Positions 48,199 through 58,373 of a stretch of 64,000 bases of DNA are shown one piece after another (position 1 is the stretch's first letter; each line of letters begins with the position of its first letter). Position numbers and translations under genes: made by a program. The stretch is from IMG/VR virus record IMGVR_UViG_3300009130_000014, positions 25,607 to 89,606 of that record, one strand, 5' to 3'. The stretch comes from a virus. The notes beneath the pieces were generated by a model that saw nothing but the letters and a program-made list of their open reading frames with translations, did no database searches and was not told where the DNA came from.

Positions 48199-50772
48199 TT
48201 ATTTTACATATTTAAGTTCTTTCCAAGATATAATCTCTTTTAATAACATGAGCAATTCTGGATCTATATTGGATTCAGGTTTAGTTAACGCAGGAATGTT
48301 ATTAAATAAGACCTTAATAGGACTGCTATAACCTTCTAGTTTATTGCAAATATCGGTAATATCCTTGTTTATTGCAAGGCCCTTTTTGAATCCTTCGAGC
48401 TCTGTGTCTGTTAAATCAGAGTTCATATTTTCTTGAACTTTTTCTACTAAATCCAAGAATTTTACAAATTCTTCATAATGCTCACTTATTCCAAATCTTC
48501 CATAATAACCCTTAAGACTTACATGATACTTACGCATATAATTACATAAAAGAGTATAATCTTCATATACTGAATTATCTAAAGCATTGTAATTTTGCAT
48601 AAAGCTTAATTCGTTAAACGACGATTCTAATTTTCTTGCGGTGTTCCAATGTACTACTGCATTATCCATAACAATTTCTTTTTCTCCGTTTTCTTCTTTA
48701 ATGACTCCAAAAAAGTCATTAATATGACTGTGCATCTTGAAATGCTTTTTGTTACTTTTTGAAATAAAAACTAACTTATATTCATTATTATAAAACTCAT
48801 CATATTTGCTTTGTTTATATAATAAATGAGCAGCAAAGTGCAATTTAGATTCGTCTTCTTTAAATCCATAATACAACTTACCTTCATATTTAGCTACTTC
48901 TCCTATTTTAGGTTCTTTCTTAGATTTAGTAAAAGTTTTATAATCTGATACTTCATGCCACTGAGGACGTATCTGTAAAGTATTACAAACTACTCTATTT
49001 TCTAGTTCACGTTTTTCAGCAGGAGTTAATTCAGCTTCTACTTTTTGCTCTTCAGCCTTAACCTCTTTTTGTTTTAAAGTATCAATCCATTCTTGAGGAA
49101 CATCTACTTCCTCATAAGAATTATACAATTCAGAAGATTTGATAAGAGCTAAAACAGAATCTCTGTTTTTAATAGTAGAGTAAACTCTTTTATTATTTTC
49201 AGACTTATCCTGGTAGGAAGCTATTATTTTATCATCCGATAATGGTCGTATGTTATAAAAACAATCTCCTTCGTATTGATCTGCAATATATAGATCTCTA
49301 TACTTAGAAACAGTGTCTGTTCTAACATAAACTTTATTTACATCAATAGAGCCTATGCTGACATCTTCCCTTTTAACTTTATGCTTATAATCTTTTTTAT
49401 CAAAATACTTAACACATCTTTGAACAGAAAAACCATCAAATAATATAGTTTGATATTTCAGCTTAGTACCATTATACTTTGGAGTAAGGTTAGATATTTC
49501 AAGTATATTAGATAGTCTAGAAATAACGTTATTACCAGAACTTCTTAACATTGATCTACATGCGTCTAACCATTTCAGAAAATCAGTTTCCTTTAACTCT
49601 TCTTCTAAAATAGAAGTAGCTTCTTCTTGAGCATCTTGGAATCTCTTTTTAAGAAAGTCTCTAGTGGCAGGAGTCCATCGAACTGATTCTCTAGACGGAA
49701 CTACGTCTATTCCTTCGTTTATGACTACTTCATTACCTTCTTCATCCTCAGTTACTTGACGAATAGGACATTTAATACCTATATCACCATACATATCCTG
49801 AAGCTCCATTTCTTTAAAATCTATAAAGCCATAACACACACCTGATTGAGTATCAACGTTTTTACCCCCTTTTACAATTACTACATGAGGCTTACTATAC
49901 GGTGAGCTTTTGGCTAATATGATATTTTCAGAATTATGAATAACATCTGCTTTAAAATGATGTTGATGTCTATGCCCACTTACCGACTCTATAAAGAACT
50001 CAACATTATTAAAATATAATAACTGATTTTTTACAGCTCTTATATAATCATGCTTGTGATGTTGCATACAAGGAACTTCTATGGTAGTATAATTTTTACA
50101 ATCTACCTTTTCTCCAAATATTACATATCCGTCACTGAATGTATGAGGCACATTAGACTCTCCTGTTTCTAAATTCAAGCTTCCAATTAAAGAATTAATT
50201 TTTCTATTAAATACTTTAATCTTATACTTAACTTTATTATATACTGTTGTTAATATATAATATTCAGAACCTGTTGCTAAGCCTACCTTGGCCCCTAGAC
50301 CGTATGCCCCAAGACTATCCGTTCTACATCTTTTGGTAGAATAACCTAATTGAAGTACACCTTCAAGTCTAGATTGACCTATCCCTACTCCGTGATCAGT
50401 AACTGTAAATAAATCACATCTTCCTGTTCCTTCTCCTTCTTTATAAACAATTTCTACTTTGTTAATTTTACTAAAATTATCTAAATTATAGTATCCAGGA
50501 TTCCATTTTGAATCTTCATATAAATCCCCTTCTCTATTAATAAAATAATCTTCGGGCTTAGAATCACCTGATAATATTTGTATTGCTTTTTCTTTTTCTA
50601 TTTGAGAATCTACTGCATTTGCAGTAAGTTCTCTAACTGTACTATCTATAGGTTTAGTATATTGTTGAGCTTGAACGATATCCATGATCATTCCTGTAGC
50701 TGCTGTATTAATACCTCTTTTATTACCTTTAGTACCTTTTATTTCTTTAGTTTCTATATCTTGTATTGCCAT
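48199..50772 (-). CDS. rIIA: rIIA-like protein (GHKL ATPase N-terminus)
   Basis: 'VRELTANAVDS', 'DHGVGI', 'STKR', 'GAYGLGAK', 'VVPSRESV'. Confidence 0.8.
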   Translation of the reverse strand: MAIQDIETKEIKGTKGNKRGINTAATGMIMDIVQAQQYTKPIDSTVRELTANAVDSQIEKEKAIQILSGDSKPEDYFINREGDLYEDSKWNPGYYNLDNFSKINKVEIVYKEGEGTGRCDLFTVTDHGVGIGQSRLEGVLQLGYSTKRCRTDSLGAYGLGAKVGLATGSEYYILTTVYNKVKYKIKVFNRKINSLIGSLNLETGESNVPHTFSDGYVIFGEKVDCKNYTTIEVPCMQHHKHDYIRAVKNQLLYFNNVEFFIESVSGHRHQHHFKADVIHNSENIILAKSSPYSKPHVVIVKGGKNVDTQSGVCYGFIDFKEMELQDMYGDIGIKCPIRQVTEDEEGNEVVINEGIDVVPSRESVRWTPATRDFLKKRFQDAQEEATSILEEELKETDFLKWLDACRSMLRSSGNNVISRLSNILEISNLTPKYNGTKLKYQTILFDGFSVQRCVKYFDKKDYKHKVKREDVSIGSIDVNKVYVRTDTVSKYRDLYIADQYEGDCFYNIRPLSDDKIIASYQDKSENNKRVYSTIKNRDSVLALIKSSELYNSYEEVDVPQEWIDTLKQKEVKAEEQKVEAELTPAEKRELENRVVCNTLQIRPQWHEVSDYKTFTKSKKEPKIGEVAKYEGKLYYGFKEDESKLHFAAHLLYKQSKYDEFYNNEYKLVFISKSNKKHFKMHSHINDFFGVIKEENGEKEIVMDNAVVHWNTARKLESSFNELSFMQNYNALDNSVYEDYTLLCNYMRKYHVSLKGYYGRFGISEHYEEFVKFLDLVEKVQENMNSDLTDTELEGFKKGLAINKDITDICNKLEGYSSPIKVLFNNIPALTKPESNIDPELLMLLKEIISWKELKYVK

Positions 50773-50773
50773 T

Positions 50774-51019
50774 TCAATCTTTCCATTCGTGTTTTATAAA
50801 CGCTTTACTTTTATGCCAAGTATGTTGTACAGTATATTCTTTGACAGTAAAAGGTTTTACAGGAGAGAACGCAGGTTCTCCGTCTACTACCCCGCAAAAG
50901 TATCCTTTCTTAAATACTGCTATATCTTTTTTACCATATTGTTTTAACATACGACTGTATAAAACCTTATCCCCTATTTTACATTCATTTAAATCAAAAT
51001 CTAATATTGTTTTTCGCAT
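50774..51019 (-). CDS. Hypothetical protein
   Basis: 81 aa, 'KIGDKVLY'; fills the gap between primase and rIIA. Confidence 0.5.
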   Translation of the reverse strand: MRKTILDFDLNECKIGDKVLYSRMLKQYGKKDIAVFKKGYFCGVVDGEPAFSPVKPFTVKEYTVQHTWHKSKAFIKHEWKD

Positions 51020-51972
51020 AATTCCATAATTATTTTTTTGCTTTTTATTCCTATGTTTTTATACAAATCTGTACAATCCTTGCCTCCGTAATCTTTAGTT
51101 TTAAATCTACCATTAGTTAAGAATATGTAAGGTAAATTGTATAACTTTTTCATTTTATTAACTGATCTAACTCCTGTTAAATCAAAATCATAAAACAAAA
51201 GTATTTTATCGAATCTAGAAGATAACTCTTCATATTGAGATTGAGATAAAATACTAGATTCGCTTGCAGGAGCTACAGCCCAGATATCTAATTGATATAA
51301 AAACATGACATCTTTTAAAGATTTAGTAATGATTAACAAATCACCTGTTTTAGGTAATTGAAAATATCCTTGAAGTCCTTTAAAATTACCTAAGAATCTA
51401 TAATCTTCTCTTAAAGGAAAATATAATTTATGAAAACCGTTAAAATAATAACCGTAGCCAGGATCTTTTTCAGAATAAGTATAGATTAGTTTATCATTTA
51501 CCCACCCGTATTCAATAGGAGATGATTGATAAAAATCTAAAGTTGTTTTTGTTATTCCATAAGAATCCCAGTATCTTATATCATATAAGGTAAAATCTTT
51601 CCATTTTACTTTTATATCAGATATGATAGGTCTTTTCTTTTTAGGTTTTATTATAGGTAGTTTATTGATATTGGAATCTTTAAGATTAAAATCATTTGCT
51701 ATAATCTTACAAGCATCCCAAAAAGAACAAGAATACATTTTCATTACTATATCAAAGCAATTACCTGAAAAATGTCCTGCCCAATCTTTAAATATGATTA
51801 TCCCTTGAGGTGTTTCTCGAAAAGTACAAGTAGGATTAGAGTCCTCACGAAGAGGACTTCTAAACCTATCATTGTAATCTACTTCAAATCCTAAATATCT
51901 ATAGAATATTTCCTCTTGAGATAATCTACTTAAGATGAACTCTTTGTTTAGCTCAAAAGAAAAGTCAAACAT
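51001..51972 (-). CDS. dnaG: DnaG-family primase (crAss-like)
   Basis: N-terminal 'SPLRED.NPTC...FKDW.G...GNCF'; TOPRIM 'IITKSLKDVM', 'YDFD.TG', 'KDCTD'. Confidence 0.8.
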   Translation of the reverse strand: MFDFSFELNKEFILSRLSQEEIFYRYLGFEVDYNDRFRSPLREDSNPTCTFRETPQGIIIFKDWAGHFSGNCFDIVMKMYSCSFWDACKIIANDFNLKDSNINKLPIIKPKKKRPIISDIKVKWKDFTLYDIRYWDSYGITKTTLDFYQSSPIEYGWVNDKLIYTYSEKDPGYGYYFNGFHKLYFPLREDYRFLGNFKGLQGYFQLPKTGDLLIITKSLKDVMFLYQLDIWAVAPASESSILSQSQYEELSSRFDKILLFYDFDLTGVRSVNKMKKLYNLPYIFLTNGRFKTKDYGGKDCTDLYKNIGIKSKKIIMELCEKQY

Positions 51973-51973
51973 T

Positions 51974-52567
51974 CTATAAGTCGAAAGGAGTTTCGTCAGT
52001 AATATCTTCTAAACCTGATTCCTCAGATAACCCATCATTAGATGGAGCTCCAGAATCAGGAACGGCTCCATATTCACTCATAGGCTTAACTCTATCTCTA
52101 GGAACTCTATTGTTATCTAATGCCGTTCTAAGATACAAACTAGCAGGCCTTAAATCTGAAGAAATAACATCTGTAAAAATAGGAAATTCACAATATGTAT
52201 CATTGTTGTATTTATATACAATTTTTAACTTACATTCTGCTCCTATATTTTGAGAAAGTAATCTAGCAGCATTTTCATATAATTTTTCTATTGTATTACC
52301 TTTTAGCCCAGCCATTTGATCTTTAGGTACTAATGCTGCAATAACATGCTTGAACCTACCTTCTTTCCCTTCTTTAACAGGACCTTCATCAAATTCATTA
52401 GGCCAATATTGTTGCTTAAAAGAACCAGTATCGTCACCTGTACCTTTAAAGGTAACTTCTAATCTCCCATCGTTAATTTCTACTTTTTCTAATTTTGCAG
52501 GAATATTAACTCCTGGTTGCATTGCTACAAATGATTTAGATTCTTCTACTTCGCTAAAATCGAACAT
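51974..52567 (-). CDS. Putative ssDNA-binding protein
   Basis: DUF669-like N-terminus 'MFDFSEVE...QPG'; acidic tail ending DETPFDL; between the AAA ATPase and primase. Confidence 0.5.
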   Translation of the reverse strand: MFDFSEVEESKSFVAMQPGVNIPAKLEKVEINDGRLEVTFKGTGDDTGSFKQQYWPNEFDEGPVKEGKEGRFKHVIAALVPKDQMAGLKGNTIEKLYENAARLLSQNIGAECKLKIVYKYNNDTYCEFPIFTDVISSDLRPASLYLRTALDNNRVPRDRVKPMSEYGAVPDSGAPSNDGLSEESGLEDITDETPFDL

Positions 52568-52612
52568 ATTATTTTTATTTTATTAGTTATTATGAATTAT
52601 TATTTAATTAAA

Positions 52613-52638
52613 CATGGTTGTTTTACAGCACAACCATG
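52613..52638 (-). terminator. Hairpin, possible terminator
   Basis: Perfect 9-bp stem CATGGTTGT/ACAACCATG followed by TTTAA on the - strand. Confidence 0.45.
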
Positions 52639-52673
52639 AAAGCCTTTGTAAATTTCAACCCAGAGGGAGAAAA

Positions 52674-53168
52674 TTAGTTTTGATGACCGAAATTCTCTTT
52701 TTCTTGTGCTTCAGAAATGGCTTCTAACACAGAATAAACTTCTTCTACTTCTTCGTCTTTTACTATATCTTCAAGCTCTTCTTCTATCCCTAAGTCGTCT
52801 TTTGTATCTGCTCCATTTTTAGTCTGAGATAACTCAAACCACACATCATTAGTCATAGGATTAACTACACCCTCGCCTGTAACAGCCCATTCGGAATTTT
52901 TACCTCCTAAAATAGTAGCAATATTTTGATGAGTAAATTCTCTTTTTGAATTTAATGAGCGACCAAGACCTTCTTGTTTGGTAGCATAAATAGCTACTTG
53001 TCCATCTTCAGGATTTCTGCTAATCATTAAAGTATGATCCGAAGTCATTTTAAGTTTAGCATAAGCTTCGCCTGAAATTCTAATTTTGTTATTAGAGAAG
53101 ATTTTTAAATCAGCTAATTCTACAGATGATTTATTAGTTTCGTTTTGGAATTTGTTAAAATTAAACAT
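52674..53168 (-). CDS. Hypothetical protein with acidic C-terminus
   Basis: 164 aa ORF in the replication cluster. Confidence 0.5.
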   Translation of the reverse strand: MFNFNKFQNETNKSSVELADLKIFSNNKIRISGEAYAKLKMTSDHTLMISRNPEDGQVAIYATKQEGLGRSLNSKREFTHQNIATILGGKNSEWAVTGEGVVNPMTNDVWFELSQTKNGADTKDDLGIEEELEDIVKDEEVEEVYSVLEAISEAQEKENFGHQN

Positions 53169-53219
53169 GTTTATTTTATTTATTTAGTTTGTTGTTAAAT
53201 TAATTAATTTTTTTTTGTA

Positions 53220-53897
53220 TTACTCGTAGTAAGCGTCTATTTTCTCTACTACATACCCTAAATCATTAGGTATGAAATCTTCAAACATCCCTTCAGGAGA
53301 TTTAGCTGTAGTACTTCCATCACTGTTTGTAACAAAGCCATATTTGCGAAATCCATCTTTATCTGATTTAATTTCGGTAAATAATACTATGGTAAATAAA
53401 CCTTCCATAGTCAGAGTGTTATCGACTAATTTACCAATTGTTTTCATCTTACGGAAAGGTTTAAAATCTTCCGTGATAGTTTCATCGTGATTAATGACAA
53501 AGATTTTTAAATCATCACGTAATCCCGCGGCTTCAATTAAAGGATTAGCTATATGCTGACCTATCTCGGCAAACTTATTAAATCCACTCTCGTTAGCTCT
53601 TTTAAAGTATTCAAATGCACCTAAATAGTTATAGTCGTCAATAACTACATTTTTAATTTCAGGTCTGTCTTTGCTTACTTTTTTGAGCATTCCAATAACT
53701 TTACTGTACTCTTTAGTTTGATAATAATTACCCGAATTACCTCCATCTGCTAAAGGTTTATACTTAGAAGAGAAGCCTTTCATCGGAATCTTCTTTCCAG
53801 TAAGAGATATTATACAACTTTCTTTTGGATCCAGACCCATTAAAGATCTAGTTTTTCCTGATCCGCTCGGACCTACAATAGCTACTAATTCTGCCAT
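53220..53897 (-). CDS. AAA_24 / Sak4-like ATPase
   Basis: 'GPSGSGKT', 'VVIDD', 'KTIGKLVD', 'EGLFTIVL', 'TAKSP.GMF', 'IPNDL'. Confidence 0.8.
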   Translation of the reverse strand: MAELVAIVGPSGSGKTRSLMGLDPKESCIISLTGKKIPMKGFSSKYKPLADGGNSGNYYQTKEYSKVIGMLKKVSKDRPEIKNVVIDDYNYLGAFEYFKRANESGFNKFAEIGQHIANPLIEAAGLRDDLKIFVINHDETITEDFKPFRKMKTIGKLVDNTLTMEGLFTIVLFTEIKSDKDGFRKYGFVTNSDGSTTAKSPEGMFEDFIPNDLGYVVEKIDAYYE

Positions 53898-53915
53898 TTT
53901 GTTTTTTTATTTTAT

Positions 53916-55845
53916 TTAATTATTAATTACAGGTATTCCTTCTTCTTGAGATAATATATGCTTGAATACTTCAGGTTCCATTTCCTCAAAGTCAAACGTA
54001 TTTAATTTATTATAAACAGGTATAGTTAAATCAGTGGCTCCTGATCTTTGCTTTACTAGTTCAAAATATACCATTTGATATACATCTCCGTCATTTTCAA
54101 TTTTATATCTAGTAGGTAAACTATTAGAAGTATATTTATGAAGTCCTAATCTTGCAGGAATATGACTAAATAATATATAATCAGAGCATTGTTCTATTGA
54201 ACTAGCTCCAAATAAACAACTAGTATCAGGTCTGTGCATATCACTATTTTGTATTCTAGGTACGGATTTTATTTCCCTGTTCATCTGACTTAATACAATA
54301 CCTACTGAATGCCCTCCATTAGCTGCTATATATTTCTTAGCGTCTACTAATAGTAGCATTAGTGCATCTATTCTTTCTTTTTCAGATTGTCCATCTTTAC
54401 CTTTCACTAATAATGCATGATCAATTTCATAAATAATAGTTTTATTCTCAGGTTTACATTCATTTTCCCAATAATATACTATTGAATCTGCTATCTTTTC
54501 AGGAGTAGCAGACACGTCTATGAAATCAATATCACGTTCACTCATACTTGTATAAAGCTCTTTTAAAGCTTTAAATGTCTCTTCTTCTAACGGCTCATCT
54601 ACTGAATATAATTTCTTTAAAGACATTCCTGTATCTGAAACAACACTTCTTGCTATTTGCTGATGGCTGACCCAGTTTTGTTACCGTAAAAGCTCTTTAT
54701 CTTTTACTTCTGTATTTTTTGTCTTAAATTATATACAGCTCAGACTATCTCTTCATAAAGATTGATGTTGGCATCTCTTTATGTTCCGCACTCTTGGTAC
54801 TTCATTCTCTTCAGCTCCACCTGTTAAGACAGTATGTACTAGTCGTTGTTCCTTTATTATATTTCTATAATACTTGGATAAGGGTTGTCCTTTTCAGGAG
54901 TTTCCCAGATTCACGAAATTACGAGACTAATTTGTATTTCATAGATTCAAGTGTTATGTATGGAGCTATAAGATTCTTAAAGTCTTCTTGTGATTTTTTT
55001 CTAATAGTCAGTCTATTATCATGAGTATGGTTAGTATCCAAATCATATTTCTTTAATAAGAATATACGAAGTGTTTTCACACATTCTCTACTAAATCCAC
55101 AAGTAGCTATACTAAATGTTCCTCTTTCTTTAACTACATGTCCATCATCCATATAATGAACAGCCATTGCAAGAGGTGTGTAGTATTTTTCTAATAAACT
55201 TTCTTTTATAACTTTTACATTATTGACATAAAACATGTTTCTAAATTCATCAAGTAATATATTGTTGCAGATTCTCATCGCTACAATAGAATAAAACTTT
55301 CCTGTTTTTTTATTAGGAGTTTTTCTTTTATAGCTTTTCACTGTAGTAGTTAAAGCTCCATTTCCTAATATTTCAGCTTTCCATTCTGCATACTCTTTTT
55401 GTTTAGGTCCATGTTGACAAGTCATAAAATTATACTTGTCTGTTTTACCTTTACGTATAGATGAGTCACCTAAGACTGTACCCACTATAATCTGTTTTTC
55501 AATATCTGTTAACATATTATAAAGTTAATAAACACTGAAAACATATACAAATTGCTTTATCTCAAAGTTAAAGATATATTGTTTAAATTTTTGATCCTTG
55601 TTTAAATCAGATATAGAATCTCTTACACATTTAGATAAAGTACTTTTACCAGCACCCGACATTGCAGATATGCATAATATTGTATCTAATTCTATACCTC
55701 CTAATAAACAAGAATCTAATCTAGGGAATTTTGTTTTTAATGAAGAGATATTCCCCATCATTCTATCATAAACATATTTGTAGTTTTCTTTAGCTACATG
55801 TTTAGAAGAAGTCTTCTTCATTACTTTAGACGATCTTGATGTCAT
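53916..55845 (-). CDS. dnaB: Replicative DnaB-like helicase, spliced: join(55845..55559, 54672..53916), 347 aa
   Basis: Exon 1 has Walker A 'AMSGAGKS' and FNFE-AT; exon 2 begins G-VSHQQIAR and has 'IDH', 'LSQMNR', 'SIEQCSD', 'KQRSG'. Splicing restores FNFEM in frame. Confidence 0.85.
54673..55558 (-). mobile_element. Group I intron (IA-like) in dnaB, 886 nt
   Basis: Exon ends in U and intron ends in G (...GGTAACAAAACTG); P-like TTTCGTGAATCTGGGAAACTCC, R AACGACTAG, S AAGAGATAGTCT (P7 GACTA/TAGTC), P3 TTTCGT/GCGGAA. Confidence 0.85.
54919..55515 (-). CDS. Intron-encoded LAGLIDADG homing endonuclease (LAGLIDADG_2 type)
   Basis: 'IIVGTVLGDSSI' and 'LAMAVHYMDDG', 'IATCGF', 'SMKYKL'. Confidence 0.9.
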   Translation of the reverse strand: MLTDIEKQIIVGTVLGDSSIRKGKTDKYNFMTCQHGPKQKEYAEWKAEILGNGALTTTVKSYKRKTPNKKTGKFYSIVAMRICNNILLDEFRNMFYVNNVKVIKESLLEKYYTPLAMAVHYMDDGHVVKERGTFSIATCGFSRECVKTLRIFLLKKYDLDTNHTHDNRLTIRKKSQEDFKNLIAPYITLESMKYKLVS

Positions 55846-56422
55846 TATGCTCTTGGTTATCGTTATTCTTTAATCTTAACTCCCTTAATTCTATCCAGAA
55901 TCTTGAAAGAACAAATTTCTTAAGTCCCATTTTAATAGCTTCTTTTTCTTTAGCCCATTCTAAATCTTTTAACACCTCTTGGTGTTCATCTTCATTATTT
56001 TTTATGGCTCTAAGATATTCCTTAGCTATTTCTTCTTGTGATACATTTCTTCCAGTATATCTTTGTCCATTAATAAAGATAAATCCCGGATATGCATCAA
56101 AGAGTTGGGCCGGCATAGGATATATTGCTAATTCAAAATGCTTAGAAAAACTTTTATTAATTTCATAATACTCGTGTTTCATTTGTCCTATAGTATTATA
56201 ATCAATAATTATTTCTCTAGAAATTAAATCAGCAAGTGCTAAAGGAGTAATTCCTTTAATCACCTTTTCATATCTCATGCATAACTCGTGAGCTTTGATC
56301 CTTCTTGTTTTTTCGTCCTCATAAGACAGATCAGGAACAAGAGTCTTCACAAACATTAATTGCGAAGGTGATAACTCAAATTTATTACATAATTCAATAT
56401 CGTCTTCTACTGTGTACAGCAT
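55826..56422 (-). CDS. Hypothetical replication protein upstream of dnaB
   Basis: 'LFDAYP.F..ING', 'MGLKKFV..RFW'; overlaps the dnaB start. Confidence 0.45.
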   Translation of the reverse strand: MLYTVEDDIELCNKFELSPSQLMFVKTLVPDLSYEDEKTRRIKAHELCMRYEKVIKGITPLALADLISREIIIDYNTIGQMKHEYYEINKSFSKHFELAIYPMPAQLFDAYPGFIFINGQRYTGRNVSQEEIAKEYLRAIKNNEDEHQEVLKDLEWAKEKEAIKMGLKKFVLSRFWIELRELRLKNNDNQEHNDIKIV

Positions 56423-56431
56423 ACTTCTCTT

Positions 56432-56692
56432 TTAGTATCCCTGGAAGAAATCTTCAATTATTCTAGGTGTACGATTTTCATATTCCATCACCTGTAGTTC
56501 ATCTTCAATTTCTTCTAAGGATGGTTCAACATTATATTTACTTTTAAATAATTGTTGAACCTTATCACTTGGAGTTTGATATCCTATTTCACATTTAGAT
56601 ATCATCACAGATAACCTGAATGTTAACTTAACTTCATCGTTTAATTCAGAGAACTCCTTTTCTATATAAGTATCATATTTTTCCCATGTCAT
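56432..56692 (-). CDS. Hypothetical protein
   Basis: 86 aa; ATGA-coupled to the helicase. Confidence 0.5.
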   Translation of the reverse strand: MTWEKYDTYIEKEFSELNDEVKLTFRLSVMISKCEIGYQTPSDKVQQLFKSKYNVEPSLEEIEDELQVMEYENRTPRIIEDFFQGY

Positions 56693-58110
56693 TTTTTTAA
56701 TAAAGTTTTAATTAAATTAATACATTCATTTATATCATCTAACCATAATACATTATTATTCTTTTGGCATTTTCTTAGCCATTTTTCATCAGTAGAATTA
56801 GGAACATAGAGATTTATATAAATTCCTTGTTTTTTAGTTCCATCTTCGTAAGTATAATTTCTAGCTATACGACCTGTACGCTGAGTATGCTGAGTAGGAT
56901 TACTAGTTCTACTTGCATCAATTCCTAACTGCACATCAGGGACATCAAATCCTTGATCTAATGCTTTGGCCGTACATATAGTTTTTATACCATGACTTGA
57001 ATTAGAAAATCTTTCTAGACTTTCTTTCTTTAATGTATTTTTTCCTATTTTTTTAACTACTTTCCAAGAAACTTCATAACCGTCTTTTACTTTTTTGTAC
57101 TCTCCTTTGTTTAATTTAGCTGAGGATCGAGCACCTTTTTCTGATTTATAAAGTTTCTTTTTAGTAACCTTTCTTGAAATAGAATCAAGGTTAGAATGAT
57201 ATACTACTGCAGTTTTACCTAAACTTTTCTTTACTTCATCAGCAAAGGATGTACTTTGTGAAAACGTGATGGCTTTTAAACCAAACTCATTGATAAGATC
57301 AACAGTTGCCTCCACCTTATGATATGTTTTATATAAGAACTCTTGTCTTTTTCTAACACATCTTTGAGCATTTACCGCATCTCTCACTAAAGAAGTAGTC
57401 ATTTCTTTTAAGTCTTCATGAGGATACCATAATGCCGCATAGGCTTTAGCGTTTTCACTATTCATACAATTTCGCATAGTATCAAAATCTCCAAATTTAG
57501 AGGTATACATTCGTATTTGTTTAGACAGGTTTGCTAAACCTACTTTTTCATCTCGTGTGAGATACACAGGAATGTTAATTTCAAAAAAGTCATTTATCCA
57601 TCCTTTTTCTATTGCTTCTTTTTGAGTAACAGTCATTACTACAGGAGCATATTTAGATAATAAATAATCTCTTCCGTCTAACCTTTCTAATGTTGCTGTT
57701 AAACCTAATACCCATTTATATTTAATATTTTCAAATACTAATTTAAATTTATCAGCAGCATACATATGTATTTCATCTAATATTAATAAATCAGTGTTGT
57801 AAATATCATTTTTTAAAGCTATTGTGTTAATCACATAAACATCAACTCCCTTGAGATCAAAACTTTTTATTAGGATTTCCCATTGAGATTTTAACTGTAA
57901 AGTAGGAACAATAACTATAGATTTAGATTCAGGTTTTATATTAGTTAGCTTTTTAATAGTTAAACATGCTATGATACTTTTACCAAAACCGGTAGCACAT
58001 TCCATAGTACCTCTACCTTTATTTTGCTTCCATAGATTAATTCCTCTTAATTGTTTGATATACTTTATAGTATCTAATTTTTCTAATGGTATTCCTAATA
58101 ATGTTTTCAT
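56689..58110 (-). CDS. Superfamily 2 (DEAH-type) helicase
   Basis: 'ATGFGKS', 'IVPT', 'DEIH', 'GLTAT', 'ALDQGFDVP', 'QRTGRIAR'. Confidence 0.9.
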   Translation of the reverse strand: MKTLLGIPLEKLDTIKYIKQLRGINLWKQNKGRGTMECATGFGKSIIACLTIKKLTNIKPESKSIVIVPTLQLKSQWEILIKSFDLKGVDVYVINTIALKNDIYNTDLLILDEIHMYAADKFKLVFENIKYKWVLGLTATLERLDGRDYLLSKYAPVVMTVTQKEAIEKGWINDFFEINIPVYLTRDEKVGLANLSKQIRMYTSKFGDFDTMRNCMNSENAKAYAALWYPHEDLKEMTTSLVRDAVNAQRCVRKRQEFLYKTYHKVEATVDLINEFGLKAITFSQSTSFADEVKKSLGKTAVVYHSNLDSISRKVTKKKLYKSEKGARSSAKLNKGEYKKVKDGYEVSWKVVKKIGKNTLKKESLERFSNSSHGIKTICTAKALDQGFDVPDVQLGIDASRTSNPTQHTQRTGRIARNYTYEDGTKKQGIYINLYVPNSTDEKWLRKCQKNNNVLWLDDINECINLIKTLLKK

Positions 58111-58373
58111 TCTTGTGGTTCTTTTAATTTTTCTAATAAAGCTTCAATACCTTCTTTTTCATATATATCAAAGTATATATTAGTAAAATGATTAGAAGCA
58201 TCTCTGATCCTGTATACATAAAATTCAATATCATCTGGATATTCGTTTTTTTCTTTTAGGTAAGACTGAACGTTTTTTTCCATTTTATTGATTTTTATAA
58301 AAGCTTGCATATTACAAACTTTTCTAGGATCATTGTATGTTGTTGCTTTTAATTTTTCGTGATCATTTCTCAT
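58107..58373 (-). CDS. Hypothetical protein
   Basis: 88 aa; between PolB and the helicase. Confidence 0.45.
   Translation of the reverse strand: MRNDHEKLKATTYNDPRKVCNMQAFIKINKMEKNVQSYLKEKNEYPDDIEFYVYRIRDASNHFTNIYFDIYEKEGIEALLEKLKEPQE

Noticed and set aside
53916-55845. dnaB as a pseudogene, a split gene or an intein host
   Set aside because: The endonuclease is a separate ORF with its own stop, and a group I core with exact frame-restoring splice sites explains the break.
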